A stretch of 63,328 bases of DNA, filler included, from Sphacelaria rigidula (lineage: Eukaryota): NCBI GenBank assembly GCA_964200075.2. It is 9 parts of 9 records of this genome, joined end to end, with 100 filler letters (N's around TTAATTAATTAA, not from the genome) between each part and the next. Parts side by side here need not be neighbours in the genome. Positions count along the whole stretch, not along the records: positions 35,243 to 42,189 come from CAXNAA020017261.1; positions 42,290 to 49,236 come from CAXNAA020017262.1; positions 49,337 to 56,282 come from CAXNAA020017263.1; 6 more parts are not named here. One strand, 5' to 3'. The translations under genes and the position numbers were made by a program. Under the pieces are notes generated by a model, which saw only the letters and a list, made by a program, of their open reading frames with translations, was not told the DNA's origin and ran no database searches. The stretch's first letter is position 1. Each line of letters opens with the position of its first letter. Shown piece by piece: positions 37,134 through 50,892 of the stretch.

Positions 37134-38348
37134 CGAGCTGGGCCAGCCTAGAGGCTGCATGAAAGTTTGCAGGCGGATGCGCCGGGCAATATTTGGAGAT
37201 AGACCCTGAAATTCGGTATGGATAATGCACAGGGCATAATAAAAAATCGGGGACGAAGCACATGAAGTTTTTATTTTTTTCGTGAGTTAAGGGCGTTTTA
37301 CTGAAACCTGAAAAATGATTATTGCCCTTAACTCACGAAAAAAAAAATCACGTGCTGCTTCCCGATTTTTCATTATGCTCCATGCATTGTCCATACCAAA
37401 TTTCAGGGTACAACTCTACATATTGCCCGGCGCATTCGCCATTTAAGAATCGGATCGGTAGAAATTCGGAACAGCATTTTGCAGGCCACTCACCGGCCCA
37501 GGTTTGGTTGTTGTGTATCGAAATTTTGTGTGGGCCCTCGTTAGCGCATAATTAACAAAACTCAATGGTCTAGACTTTTTTTATTTCATTTTTTCACTGG
37601 TTGAGGGCGTTTTGGTATAGTGAAGACAATTTCTTCACGATAACACCCTAACCTTTATGAAAAAGAAAAATAATGAAGGCCCATATATTTTTTTCATCCG
37701 ACACTCTTTTGTGGTCCTCCATGCTAACGTTTAAATCAAAATTCTAAAACTGGAGCTTAAACATTGAGATAAGGCGTAACAGCAATGTACATTCCTCCTC
37801 AAAACTCCACTAGAAACACGAAAAAAAAATGAAAAAAAAATGAAAGAGGTAACAAGCTGTTTTTATTTCTTTCTATTATGCACTAGCGGTTCACCACACG
37901 AAAATTTATGGAACAACTCTCAAAAACTGAGACGCGATATATCCAGATTCAGCGTATCTAGTGCCTCTGCTCGTAATATATTAATTTTAGTCTAGAAACT
38001 TATGTGCGCCATATCTCGGGTATAGATGACGAATCAGGTGAAGGTGAGGGTATCTATCGTCTCCCCTTGCTCCAGAGAATGTCCACACCGAAATTCGTTG
38101 CCATCCGCTAAATGCATCGATCGGGGGTTCCATAGAGATTTGAGTATAGGCGCTATCTCCGTACGGTATAGGAATTACTAGACATGGGGTTCAATCAACG
38201 AGAAAATGTGGGTCCAAAATTTCGAGCAGATGGGGACCTTCCCCTTGATCAGACGATTGATACGATATGCCGATCATGGCCCAACTCGTCTGTGTCGATG
38301 AGATATTGCTTTTAGAGCTTAAATCCGTTTGAAGGCTGGCCCAGCTCG
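37134..38348. mobile_element. 1215-bp non-autonomous Tc1/mariner-type element nested in a MITE
   Basis: Perfect 16-bp TIR CGAGCTGGGCCAGCCT; TA on both sides; internal ~120-bp-arm inverted repeat (~37174-37440); removing it restores the MITE seen intact at 602-895. Confidence 0.9.
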
Positions 38349-38429
38349 TATCCTCTTCTCTCAATCTCACGAAAACACTGTGGTATAGTTCGAACACAAC
38401 CGTTTTGTTAATTGTTTCACTGCGGTTCA

Positions 38430-38570
38430 GGTTGCACGAAACCCCCTTGGGTTTGCAGACCGCTATTTTTCGTTTTTGTAAATCGGCATTACCTTGACTT
38501 GAAAATGAGTAAAAATGATGCCGATTCGCAACAACAAAAATCGCCAACGGGTTCCAAAAGGGTTGATAGG
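38430..38570. repeat. ~140-bp hairpin repeat; related copy at ~59112-59232
   Basis: TTTTT.GTT.TTGT.AATCGGCAT...ATG...CCGATTC.CAA...CAAAAATC in both contigs. Confidence 0.7.
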
Positions 38571-39090
38571 GTAATCAATGATATCTGCGGGTTTTTCAAT
38601 CAAGTTGACATCCATTCGCAGCACGAAAAGTACTGGTTTTGAACTCAAAGGTTTCCTCAGTTATTCGTTCATGACTAACGGACAGGCGAAAACAGAAGTC
38701 GCCCTATGTGCCGCCATTTTTGCATTCAAATACTCATGAAAAAATGGTCCTTCCAGCCTCGACATATAGCTAATAAAACGACCACTACCATTTCCGGTCA
38801 GCCTTTGCAGTCGTTTTGTGGACTCTGCGGCTGATGGTCAACCACGGGCAGACAACACTCTATCTTCGCGCAAGATACCGTGTTACACAGTAGCTCAGTG
38901 GCACAGCGCCTAGTATGAGATTTTCTCCACCACAGAGCAAGTGTGTCGCTCAAGAATCGTGTGAATCGTTCACCAAAAGGGGCACTACCAGGGTGACAGA
39001 GCAGGTCTTGCGCACATCTGCTGAGCAGCTATGAATCATGGAATCGCTGACGTGCTTTGAAATATTATTCCAAAAATGCGCTCTTTCATG

Positions 39091-41500
39091 CTATCTACTT
39101 CCGGCGTGCCATCCAGTGACTGCCGTTGTTTCTGCCGTTGTCTCTCCCGGTGCCTTCCTCGCTGCTCGTCTCTCGTGTTGTGCCTCTTCAACACGTCTTG
39201 CTAAATCCTTGGCCTGTACCACTAATCTTCGCAGAACAGCTGTATCACCCAGAGATGTGTCTCTCACAGTCGGGACATACCGCTTCATATCCTTTCCTCT
39301 CGTTTCATTTTCTTTTCGAAGCGAGGCCTGGTGCTCGGCTGCGAGAGTCTCGGCAAACGCCTCCGGCGACAACTTGAAATCTTCCGCAATCGACGCCGCT
39401 ACGTCAAGCCAACTGACCCCGTCGCCAGCACGTTCTACGGGTTGAGGTCGTGCAGGCTCACTCGCACCACGCGGTCGCCCGATCTTTTTCGACGGTGGCC
39501 CCTCGACATGGCCACCGAGGTCCCAGGCCTGCCAGGAAAACAGCCTGCCCTTGCTTGATCGAAACCACTTCATTTGGTCACTCGCGTACTGTCGCGTTTT
39601 CGCTGCAAACCCGTGGTAAAACTCCAAGAAACGTGACTCAGCATCAACATCTCTGACATGGAGGCCGCCTTCCGCAATCCCCACTGTTTGTACATCTACA
39701 TCCTGCGTCAAGAAATCGATGGCCTGCCGATAGCCGATCGCTCGACCGGCCGGAGATGCGGGATCCAGAGTTCCCTTAACCAGGAGGTCAGCTGTCTCTA
39801 CCAGTAAACCCCGCTCAAGCATAGCCTCGCACCTTTGGGCGTTTCGTTGCACAAAAGGAGACACAAATCCAACAGTGGAAACATATTTGCTCGTATCATA
39901 CCCCTTGGCGCTTACAATTCTTGGCGTGGTGTGACAGCGCGCACTTGCGAACAATATTGCACCTAATTTGGCTTGATCCTCAAATAGTGTGATGACTATC
40001 CATCCCGACCCTCTAACAGTGAGAAATAAGCAGCAGATCGGGACTCGAGCACGGAAGTACCAAGCATAGATACGGTATTTCGGGCACCTGCTATCGATGC
40101 GGCGGAACATTCGCTCCCTATCCCCCATAATGAAGAATGCGCGGAAATCGTAGTCTGCCTTTGTCTCGCGCTTGCCTGTGTACACTGCATCAGATTCGGT
40201 CGAGCCTCTGAGCACCTGATGTATAATTTACGTTCGAAAGCAATGTTTGGATGGCGGCTAAATTGTTGTGAGTAAGATGATTACGCGACAGGCGACGAAT
40301 GCTTGAACACCCATACTACAATTATTTGCTTTTTCTGACAAGGAGTTCTCGTTTCGACGTTGGCTAAAGTAAAGCCTCTCTCGTACGTACTCCCATCAAC
40401 GAGAGATTAATAGACGAGACCAGCAATAGCCACGCACGCGCTTTCTTGAACAAGCACAGGGTCAACAGAGTTCGGTACCAGGGATTCCAGCGTAGTCCCC
40501 ATGACAGCGACATTGGGTGACGATAATTTCCTCTGGACCGGACGTTCAAAAATAGAGGTGAATGCAGAGGTCAGATAGTGGGTGTCCCGTGCACTTTGCT
40601 AGCCCTTGGACTGCCCATATGGCTGTTTCGAGTTATTGTCCGACGCCAACCCTAGGACTTTCTCGAAGATGATATTTCTACGCGTTGATGGGGGTCTAGA
40701 TGGGCATGAACGGTTAGCACAGGTTGCTTAAAACTAAAACCACTAGGCGTGCACCAACTTTGTCTCATGACTGCGCGAGGCGGGTGTCCAGGTGCTTTGC
40801 TGTGGTCAGAAGAGTGAAGAGAGGTGGGTGCCGGTTTTGACTAAATGCACTGCTGGCACTATCACATCTACCGCTCCTTTCGTATCGTGACGGAATAGCA
40901 ACAAAATGAACGACACTACAGCTTCCTACGTGGCTCATCACCTGAGTTCTAGCCCGGCCCTACATTGCTCAACGTCACACGCCGTACGGGATGTAGTGCA
41001 ATCAACGTGTATGATCGTTCTTAGACATTCCGGCTCCATCTGTCCTCCTCGTTGTAGGACGTACAAATAATACATGTAGCTGCAGCTCACACCCTGCCTT
41101 ATCTATGGCCGTGAACACCTGGTCAAAACGACAACGAATCTTGAGGTTCGCGGGTTGTACATACCGCACTCGACTACTTGACACTTGCTATAGATACAAA
41201 CAAGCACCACCACCGGAACTTGGCATGTCCGCTACCCCGACGGGTAGAAAACGAAAAGTTTTTCACGATCTATTTGCGATTACATGCCCAGACACGAGCC
41301 AAGTACCGTAGAAACGCTGCGGACACTTCCGCACAGTATATCCTCTGAAGCCCAAAGATCATCCCTGATTTTGTTCCAACAATTGCGCCCGACCCGTGTT
41401 TTTTCAACCGCTTGACCCTTACCTCAAGCGAGCGAGATAATCGGTACCAGTCGTTCTTGCATAAAGAGCACGCCCGAGTCTCGTTCATTCCCGATAGAAT
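39091..41500 (-). CDS. miaA: tRNA dimethylallyltransferase (MiaA/IPT-like), 3' exons 41423-41500, 40088-40215, 39091-39832
   Basis: NDWYRLSRSLEV, RRIDSRCEAMLERGLL, AIGYRQ, TRQYASDQMKWFR; phase-consistent GT/AG junctions; stop at 39091. Confidence 0.9.
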
Positions 41501-41909
41501 CTGCAGACAAAGCGAAACACCTTCAGCGGAGGAGAAAACCATGACGCTTTCAAGCGATTTGATGTGGAAAAGGGAGTTACGGTAGTGGGCGGTCTAACTA
41601 TTCATTTTGAGGCACTTTGTGTTTTTTTCGTAGTTGGCGATTTTCTTGGGCTCTATTTGCTTGTCACCGTTTATCACTTTGGGGATCTGAAGATATTTGT
41701 ATCCGCTCCACATTTCAAGAAAAAAATGATATCTGTACTCAATATTGAGTGGCTTACGGGCTGACCGGTCATCGGGGGTCCTGCCACGTTTTAGCCCAGA
41801 TTCTTTCTCTTCGGTATTTTCGTTCGATCGAGCCTGTCCCGATCACATTTGTGTAAAAATGTACAGGCTGGGTGGGCCAGCTGAGAGTTATTTTTTAATG
41901 TATTTTGGC

Positions 41910-42177
41910 GATGCGGTGGGTAATTTGAAGAGTTAGGCACTGAAATTTTGACATAACATTTGTATCATCACTACGCACAACATTTCTCGGGGTGCATTCG
42001 CGAAAAAAAAGGGGGGAAGTTAGAGCGATTTGAATTTTTTGTAAAAACTAGAAAAATGCTATAACACCGTGAAAACAAAACAAAACGGATGCACCTCGGG
42101 AAATGTTGTGCGCAGTGATAATAAACATGTTGTGTCAAAATTTCAGCTCCTAACTCTTCGATTTACCCACAGCATCC
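41910..42177. mobile_element. Foldback/MITE with ~90-bp inverted arms
   Basis: GATGC.GTGGGTAA.T.GAAGAGTTAGG...TGAAATTTTGACA mirrored at 42087-42177. Confidence 0.85.
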
Positions 42178-42775
42178 ACTTTTTCGTCTNNNNNNNNNNN
42201 NNNNNNNNNNNNNNNNNNNNNNNNNNNNNNNNNTTAATTAATTAANNNNNNNNNNNNNNNNNNNNNNNNNNNNNNNNNNNNNNNNNNNNAGCCATCGTTT
42301 TCTCCCTACTGTCTAATGCATCAAATGATTTCATGTCACCTTTGTTCACGTCTCGCATTTCCCCGACGGGGGGTGTACTAATGACCCCGAGCATCCTGTG
42401 AAACAGAAGGGAAGAACGCGTCGATTCGTGTGTGAGTCGGGTCCATGTATGATGAATGTAATACCGGCAAGGGTCCATAATCAATCCGAAGAACAGTACG
42501 TTGTGGTTTTGTGTATGGCATCATAATCGCTGACCAACTACTTCTTTTTTTTTCTTTCCCCTTTCTCTCTATGCTCATGTGACAACATACTCTCTAAATG
42601 AATCACAAGATTAAAGATCAAGTGCTCCCAACAAGATACGCACTTGATGCGCACAACGTAATCCGCTCCCGGATATACTGAGCTGCACGGCCTTTATTTA
42701 ATTTATTTCATCGCTCTTCATCACTGCCTCTCACTTTCGTTCTCGCCGTACTTGGTCGTTCATGCAAATATGCAG

Positions 42776-45700
42776 CACAACTTTCAATCGAAGCAACGGG
42801 AGCTAGAGGAGCGTTGCTCGGCGCTGGCGACTCAAATATCTCTAACTCAACAGGAGCAAATCGAGACGTGCCTCACGTACCGCCTGTTCGCCGTGGGTCA
42901 GCTGCACCAGCGCTACCGAAAGCTCCGTTTGTTCTACGCGCAGCTCGGGTGCCGCGTGATGTCGAGGGCGTCCCAAGCAACCCACCTATGCGGCGGCCAG
43001 GCCGACGCCGATGAGCGCATCAAGATCATGGGTGCGTGCCTGATGCTGGGTATAGCTGAGCAGGCGTGCTTGAGGTGGACGGCCGTGCAGAACGAGCGGC
43101 AGCTGGTTGAAGGCATGAAGCGCGAGGTGACAAAGTTTCCGTCTCGGACCGGGAGGGAGGGGGGGGCGCGGGGGGGTAACTTCACCAACAATCTGCGTCT
43201 AAGCTTGATCCTATCTGCGAACACTGGGGCTGGGCTCCTTGCAGCAATTACATGATTATTCTAATCACTGGAGGGGGAGAGGGGGGGTCGTTCTCATTTG
43301 TTGCTTGCCTTGGTCATTCGACCATTGACCACGCATCCCTTTCGAGACGGAGCGGAGGGGGAGAGGGGGGGTTGTTTTGCTTTTATCCAACCTACCCTAT
43401 CCCTTATATTCCAGGTGTGAGGTGTAGCTCAGAGATGAAATGTCGAGTGGGTTCGAATGATGGTTGCGGTGTGCATGCTCGGTGATGCAGCCACAATCGG
43501 GATATCTAGATCAGGCTTATGATGAAAAATGTCGAAATCTCTTTCAAAGAGGAGCGGGACAAGGAGGGGGTACGATTGTTTATCGGCGGTAGTCCTCCCT
43601 GTTCCGTGTGTGTGCGTGTGTCATGTATGGTGGGGATTTTTTTTCCTTGTCCTGCTAGAAATGACAACTTTTTGGGAACGGGTGCAGTACTCGTCTGAGG
43701 GAAAGTTGTATCGTGGAACACATTGCCCCACCCGAAATGACGAATTCAGCGAAGGTAGGAAGGACATACGCGGAACAGCGACTGCAAAGAGATGTCTCCC
43801 GTTGCGTGTACGTCCGTATGTTGTACCCCGCTCTGTATGCGGGGCATAGCTGATACTGATCAGGTTCAGTCTCCCGTGGACATGCCGTTACCGATGCCAA
43901 TCCCCTGCGTCTACAAGTATCGACGTCGTATTCACCTTAACCCGGGTAACTGTACTGTTGACTGTAAGCGTTTATACCCGAACCTGCCGCACGACGCTTT
44001 CGTACTTCTTCACATTCTCTGGTCCGCGCGTCCGCTCACACATTTCAGGATGCTAGCTTGGACGCGAAAAGGCGGAAACGCGAGCGCGCCAAGGCTAAAG
44101 TACGAGAAACCAAGAGGGACGCGGCAACCGTAGCAAACGCGTTGGCGGAAGCTGCGGCTGCACAATTCACAGCCGCGGCGGAAGAGGCCGAGCCCGCGAA
44201 ATCCGCAACAGCCTCCGATCCTGCTATGTCCGACTCGGAACAATCCACTTCCCGAGAAGGAAGCAGCACCGGGGCCGGCGCCACAAGAGCAGGCGGTCGG
44301 GGCGCGACGATGAACGGCAAGCCTGCCCGGGACCCGCAAGATGCGCCCAAGAATAGTCAGCTGATCGGCGGCGGCACGAACGGGCGGAGCTCTCGGCAGA
44401 CGCGGCAGCCCACGCCAGCAGGTAGATCCACCACAAGCCGCCGATCTGGGTCACCCGTGCATGGCGGCACTGCTGGTCTGGGGCTAGGATCCGCGCAGGC
44501 GGGAAAATGGGGCTCGAGATCGGCAAGGGACATGGAAGAGTCCTCTGGCGGCGGGTGGCTGATGGCCGAGAGGGCTGTGTCGGCCGCGGACGAAGACGGT
44601 TTCGTGACGATTGCCAAGTCGAAACCGCGGAGGTCCGGTCGTGATGCCCGTGAGAGCGGGTCTGCGCAGAACGGCCGAGGTAGTTGGGGAGGTCGTGGAG
44701 GAGGTGGCGGTTGGCATGCCGAGTCCGGGGGACGCCCAAACGATTACGGCACCGATAGGCGAGATCGCACCCGAGATGCAAAGCCGTACGACGAGAGGAG
44801 AGGGAAATTTTCCGTGGGGGTGGGTGGCGGCGGTGTGGGAGAAGCCGGGAATCCCGGTGCACCCGCCGTACCGGCGGCCACTAGTTCTTCAAATGGGACC
44901 TGGATGCAACGGAAAAAAACGATGGCCGAGCAGCAGCCCGAGGTTTGTTTGATGTCCGGATCGACTGCCGGTGCGGTGACCCCCGGTGGCACTGGGTGGC
45001 CCGTCCCGTCCGCGCACAGAAAAGCGCCTAGCGCCGAACACGTCACGAAAGCACCTGCCTCGGCGTCGCACGCGGATCATTCCGGGGGGGGGTGGTCTGT
45101 AGGGCAGGGCACCATACCTCCGAAAGCAACACCAACTGTGACTGCATCAACCCCGGTGGTGACTGTATCAACCCCAGCGATGTTGCCCACTTCTTCATTG
45201 CAGGGCAGTCAGCCATCCGCAACGACACCTGTTGCTTCAACCGCTGCGGCTTTACCCGTTGTCGCCGCAGCGGCGACGTCTGTGGCTAGGGAACCGGGAG
45301 AAAATCCTGTAAAAGACAAGGGTGAGGTCATCGGAGGAGGAAGCAGCGCCCGCTCCGTGCCCGCGGCGCCCGCGGCAGTGGCAGGGGTTACTTGTGGGGC
45401 AGGTGGCTTGCCAGTTGCTCCGGAAGAAGAGATTCCGGAGGCAGCGCCCGTTCCCTCAGAAGCGGTGGGAGAGACTGCGGCCGGTGGGCACGTGAAGAGC
45501 GTGGGTGAGTTGAGCGGGGGGGAGAAAGTTCTTGGCGCGGGTGAAGCCATAGAGACTGGTGCCGGGGGCGCGGCCGCCACGGCAAGCGCCGTACTTGGGC
45601 CGGAGAGTGAGGTTGCAGGAGTGACGACGGGATTGGTGAATGACGCTGCCGAGGAGAGACCTGTGGGGTTAGCGTCCGGGGATAGCAAGGAGGTAGTGGC

Positions 45701-48700
45701 TGGGGTAACGGCGGCGGTGGTGGGGAAAGAGATCGAGGCAGAGGGGGAGGAGGAGCAGGAGGAAGAGTATGTGTTCCAGTTTGGCACGGTCAACCTTTCA
45801 GATGAGGAATATGGCGAGGGCGCTGACGCCGATGGGCAGGGCGTTTTCGCCGAGGAACTGGGGCAGAACCGAGTCGGTAGCCCTGAAAACAGCAGGTACG
45901 GTAGCGGCGAAGAGGAAGCTGAGGAGAAACAGATGATAATGATGGAAGACACCTCCGATGGTCATGTCGACAGAGCCACCGAGGTTCTTGTAAGCTCGCC
46001 GATCGCAGAAGATGGCTCACAGACCATCGTGCCGGCAGGCGAGAGGACCGATGATGAGCCCATAGCTATTGCTGAGGATGGCGGTGGTGATGTGCGCAGT
46101 CAACCTCTGCCGCGGCCACCCCTCCAGACGGACCAGCTGAGAGACGGCGTGTTTTTCCCGGCGCACCCTCCTCCTGCCCCGCAGAATGCTCTGCAGAATG
46201 GTGGTGCCTACATGTCGACATCTTATCAGCAACAGCACGTCGCCCCCATGCAGCAGCCGCAGCAGCTACAGATGCAGCAACAGCACCACCAGCACCAAGT
46301 GCCTCACCAGCACTCGCAACTCTCCGCTGTGAACCAACAGCTCCCCCCGCAGCGCGTCGGATTCTCGCAGCAGGGTACCGGCGGTGGCATTCATGGCGGA
46401 CTGCAGTCCCAACATAGCCAGCACCAGCACCACCTCCACCACCACCCCTCACACAATCCTTACAACAGCAACAACCAACGAGGTGTGGGTATGAGTGGAC
46501 ATCATGGATCGCATGGCTCTAACAACCCCATGGCCGGAAGCATGCACGGGCCAGGGACAGGGGTACAGGGCCATCATAACCACCACCATCGCCGCATATC
46601 ATCTCACACAAAAAACCCTGGCGGGCCGCGACATGCGCCCGGCGACAGTGGTCCTCACTCTCCCAACACGGGCGGAGGTTTCGGGGGTATGGGTCAGTAC
46701 GGAGCCCCGGCACACGCACACATGGTCCAGCAGAGCGCCGAAGGATTCTGGGGAGGGGGCATGATGCACTATCAGGTGCCGAGCCAGCCCATCATGGGTC
46801 CCGCTCCAGGTGGAATCGGCATCACGGACGGACAGGCGGTGTACTACCCTCCTCCGCCACACATGATGGTCCAGGGGGATGGATCCGGCCACGGCGGGGC
46901 CCCGTGGCACCCGGCGGCGGGGCACATGGAAATGGGCATGGGGTTGGGCATAAACATAGTGATGGACACGAACGGCATGCCTGGGATGCCGCCGTGGGTG
47001 CCCGATGGGACGCAGCACTACCCTCACCCTTCGTCCCAGGGATGGGGCTCTCCGACACACCATGGTATGACCGGGTACGTCCCTCCACCGCCACAGCGAC
47101 AGCAGCAGCAGCAGGCGCCTCCACCGCCGCCGCCACCTCCACTGCACACCCAAGCTGTCGCGATGAGCGTGCAACAAAGCCAACAGCAGCAGCAGCAAGG
47201 AACCTCTGAGCGCCAACACAGTGCTACGGTTGTATCTTCAACGCTTCCTGCGGTGCCAGAGGATGCGGAGGTGCTGGCCCCTCAGACGCACGGAAGCTAC
47301 AATAATGGCAGCCGTGAAGTCGATACTGTCGACCACAGCGACACCCCCCCCGCGCAGATGGCGCTGTCGCCGCCGCCGACTGATACCGAGCAGGTCCGGG
47401 CATCAGACTCGAACGACGCGGTGCTTGCTGCCTCGCCGGCTGTCACCGAGCATGCTGAAAGCGCAGCGGTCATAGTGGGGTACTCTGGGGGGAACGACGG
47501 GATGGGAGTATTAGAACGGGCAGGGATTGAAGCGGGTGCAGAAACAAATGTCGCCGCAATGGCAGACACAGACACAGGAGCAGTAACATTAGTAGATAGC
47601 GGGGTAGACGGGGTCGTGGACGCCAACATCGTTGAAGCGGGGGGGGCTCCCAAGGAGGCGACGAGACAGGATAGCGAGGCTGGTAGTGGTGGCACCAGCA
47701 ACAGTAGCGTGGCAAGGCCCGAAGTGGGGGGAGAAGCCGCGGCGGCGGCATCGGCAGCGGGTCAACCAACGCCAGCGTCCACGAGACAAAGGAAGGGCAA
47801 GAAGGACAGAGGGAAAAGGGGGCATGGAACACAAGGTCAGGGGGGCGGGGCGTTGCGTGCCGCAATGACCACCAGTAACGGGGTGATGGACTCGCCAGGG
47901 GGCGAGGGGGCGGGGAAGGGAAGAGGTAGTAGGGGGGGCAGCAGGGGTTCTGCTGCGGGCGAAGACGCGCAACGCGTGCGAGGCAGCGATGTGTCGTCTT
48001 CGTCTGTGTCGCCTGCGGTGTCGGCCAAGAAGGACTTGGCGTCACCGTCGGCGCCCATGCCGAGAGGTTTGGTTAATGCGACGGGACAAAATAACTGCTT
48101 TCTAAACGTCGTTGTGCAGTCTTTGTGGCACCTCGAGGCGTTCAGGACACGGTTTTGCAATGGGGGGAGTGCGAGTGTCGGCGGCGGTGCCGCCCCCGCG
48201 GGCGTTCAGGGGGCCTGGGGGAGAAAACCGCAGGTGAGTATGAGCTTTCATCTTTTTGAGTTTACAGATGCTCGCTGAAATGTTGTTTTGAGCCCGTGAC
48301 TCGTGCAGTGTCGCAAATCGAGTGCCCAGATATGTTGTATCGGTCTTATGTATGTAGGTGATGTGTGTCCAAAGGGTGTGCTGTACCGTATCGATGATGG
48401 TCGTGTCGTGGAACACGTCTCTTTTGGTCTGTCGAAGAGGGCATCTAGTCATTTTTATTCTGGTTTTTTATTTTCTCCTTTTTCGACGTTCCTGTGTCTA
48501 TTTTATGCACAAAGGGGCGCCCTCTTGAAGACGGGCTGCAGTAGGCAGCGTCGGGGCATGTGACCGTACGTACATTCGCCCAGCTGTTCTCCCATCCGAA
48601 CACATACCGGCTCTTTGATATATATGAGCACATGTTGTCCCAATCGTCGCCATTACACACACATACACACATCCCTGTGCAAACCACGTCCTGTCGAATA

Positions 48701-49073
48701 TTCAAACAGCCGTGGGGTACAAGTAGCTTCAGCAGTAGTGCGGGCGGAGCGGGGTCTTTAACAACGCCTCCGGCACGATCACCGGCGGAGGAAGCGAGCC
48801 ACCGAGTGGAGGCCTCCCTCCGAGGGCTATTCCGGGAACTTTCTGCGGGGGTGGAATGTTCGACGGAGTCTTCTGCATCGGATGGCGCGGGCGGCGACGC
48901 ACGCGGCGATGATGACGCTCCGGGCTGGGAGCGATCAGAGCAAGGATCTGGGGGTAACGGGGCAAGTAGCGCTTCCGTAGAAGCGCTGCGCGCCGCGCTT
49001 GCGGAGATATCCGGGGCACGGTTCGGCGTGGGGAAGATGGACGATGCGGCGGAGGCCATGGAGACTATTTTAG
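42776..49073 (+). CDS. USP53/USP54-like ubiquitin-specific protease family protein, internal exons 42776-43126, 44049-48233, 48710-49073
   Basis: Cys box PRGLVNATGQNNCFLNVVVQSLWHLEAFR and FGVGKMDDAAEAMETIL; phase-0 junctions; ~1300-aa low-complexity region upstream. His box lies beyond the contig. Confidence 0.88.
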
Positions 49074-49353
49074 GTGGGCGAAGTCGTGGGAAGGGATCCC
49101 ATTCGCTACAAGAGGTGTCCCTACATCGCCAAACAAGAGTTATTGATACTCTAAAACATCTGGGTTGTGTTTTTTTTTACCTGTGAAAACGTTTGATATG
49201 GGGGAGGGGGGGGGGGGGGGGGGGTGGTTTGTGGTGNNNNNNNNNNNNNNNNNNNNNNNNNNNNNNNNNNNNNNNNNNNNTTAATTAATTAANNNNNNNN
49301 NNNNNNNNNNNNNNNNNNNNNNNNNNNNNNNNNNNNCCTCCCGCGAACGTTAT

Positions 49354-50064
49354 CCCTAACCCTGACCGAGATGAAGACAGACCGAGAACCCTCGGGCGAG
49401 GGGGGTGCAAAGTGCTCCTTAGGCACAGTGTCCGTTTCCAGAGCTCAAGTAGATGCCTTTCAGCCGATTTGGGAACCAAACACGTTGCACATCCCTCCTG
49501 CAAAACTTCGGTACCACGGTCTGTTCATCATTCATTTTCAAGTAAAAAGCAATGGACCTCGAGCTTTGGTCGTATGTCTATGGTTGACAACATGACTACT
49601 CGATTTTAGAATTGAGAAAATTCTGAGAGAAATTATGGTTTGGGGCAGGTGAGCGGTGGACCCAGCTCCTCTAGAACGTGTTTTGTCGAAATCGGCGGCT
49701 GCGGCATCGATTTCAGGTCTAACAACGCACACTATACCTAGGAAAACGTGTATACCCCCCCTCGTCCGAGGATCTCGTACGCCTTGGGTCGGGCTTAGGT
49801 GCTCGTCCAGAACCTGGTTTTGTCGAAATCGGCGCCTGCGGCGTGGATTTCAGGTCTTCCAACACACTACGATATGCCTAATATATGTACAACCAGAATC
49901 GGATCCTCAGTAGGGCTGACAGTCCCGTGTACCCCTCACCTTTGGTGAACGCGTTTTCGTCCAAGACTACTGTACCAAGGCCGCCCGTTGCCTGAGGAAT
50001 GTATGTACCGCCCTCATTACCCGAGGGTTCCCGGTATGCCTTGGGTTGGGGTTAGGGTTAGGGG
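49354..50064. mobile_element. Foldback element with telomere-like termini
   Basis: Left CCCTAACCCTGACC...ACCGAGAACCCTCGGG; right CCCGAGGGTTCCCGGT...GGGTTAGGGTTAGGG; an additional internal right-arm copy at ~49689-49800. Confidence 0.65.
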
Positions 50065-50832
50065 TAGCGATACTTGTAAAATATGTTATGTCAACGATGA
50101 ATCCTTGGAGCCCAGTTTCGGTGAACCCTTGGACCTCGGAGCTGACAGTCCATCACATTCTATTTTCAAGTGAAATTGATGCCGATTCAGAAGACGACCT
50201 ATACCCTAGACCGCAAACATACAAGTAGTTCATCTGGACTATGCGTAATTTTTTCAAGTGAAATTGATGCCGATTCAACAGATGACCTACCCTCGCTGTC
50301 CAAGGGTCAACTACAACGTAGCCTCAAAACATGGGCAAATCGAAGATGTCGAGGATGTACAGAAGCCCGTACCACGAGCCAAACCTCCCACATAAAAATT
50401 ATTACGGTAACCCAACGTGAATTGACAGAAGCGCGACTATGGCCGAGTGTTCAAACTCGGCATTGGCCCAAAATTGGAGATCTCTCCACAATCAGACGGG
50501 GGACTAAAACATGGGACACGTCCTGTTTCACTGCTCTACCGCAGTAAAAACACTCGAGTCTCTCTCATGTGTTGGAGCTTCCACTGTCCATTCTGTTGTG
50601 GGGTGTTGACGCATTGCGAAGGCGGTTTGGATTGCATGGGCTGCGATATTATCGTTGTTTCCGTCTCTCCGAAAAGCAATGTCAGTCGGCACGGAGTGCT
50701 GGCTGCACACTGTTCGAAGCTTCATGGGTGTGTTGCCTGTTTCCTCTTCGGTAAGACGAGCAACGCGCTGTCCGTTGCTTTGACACTCCTGCTGGTGCCG
50801 TGCGTTCGGCGCCCTGTACTGTACCGTACTAC

Positions 50833-50846
50833 TGTGTGTGTGTGTA

Positions 50847-50892
<46 letters not shown>

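Noticed and set aside
36593-41500. Functional coupling of tRNA-Leu(CAA) with the neighbouring MiaA-like gene
   Set aside because: The tRNA has G at position 37, whereas MiaA-type enzymes modify A37; proximity looks coincidental.
44224-48160. Many overlapping antisense ORFs (also 61082-63021)
   Set aside because: Shadows of GC-rich coding exons on the plus strand.
12001-49073. Ubiquitin-system cluster (OTU plus USP)
   Set aside because: The two lie on different, unrelated contigs.
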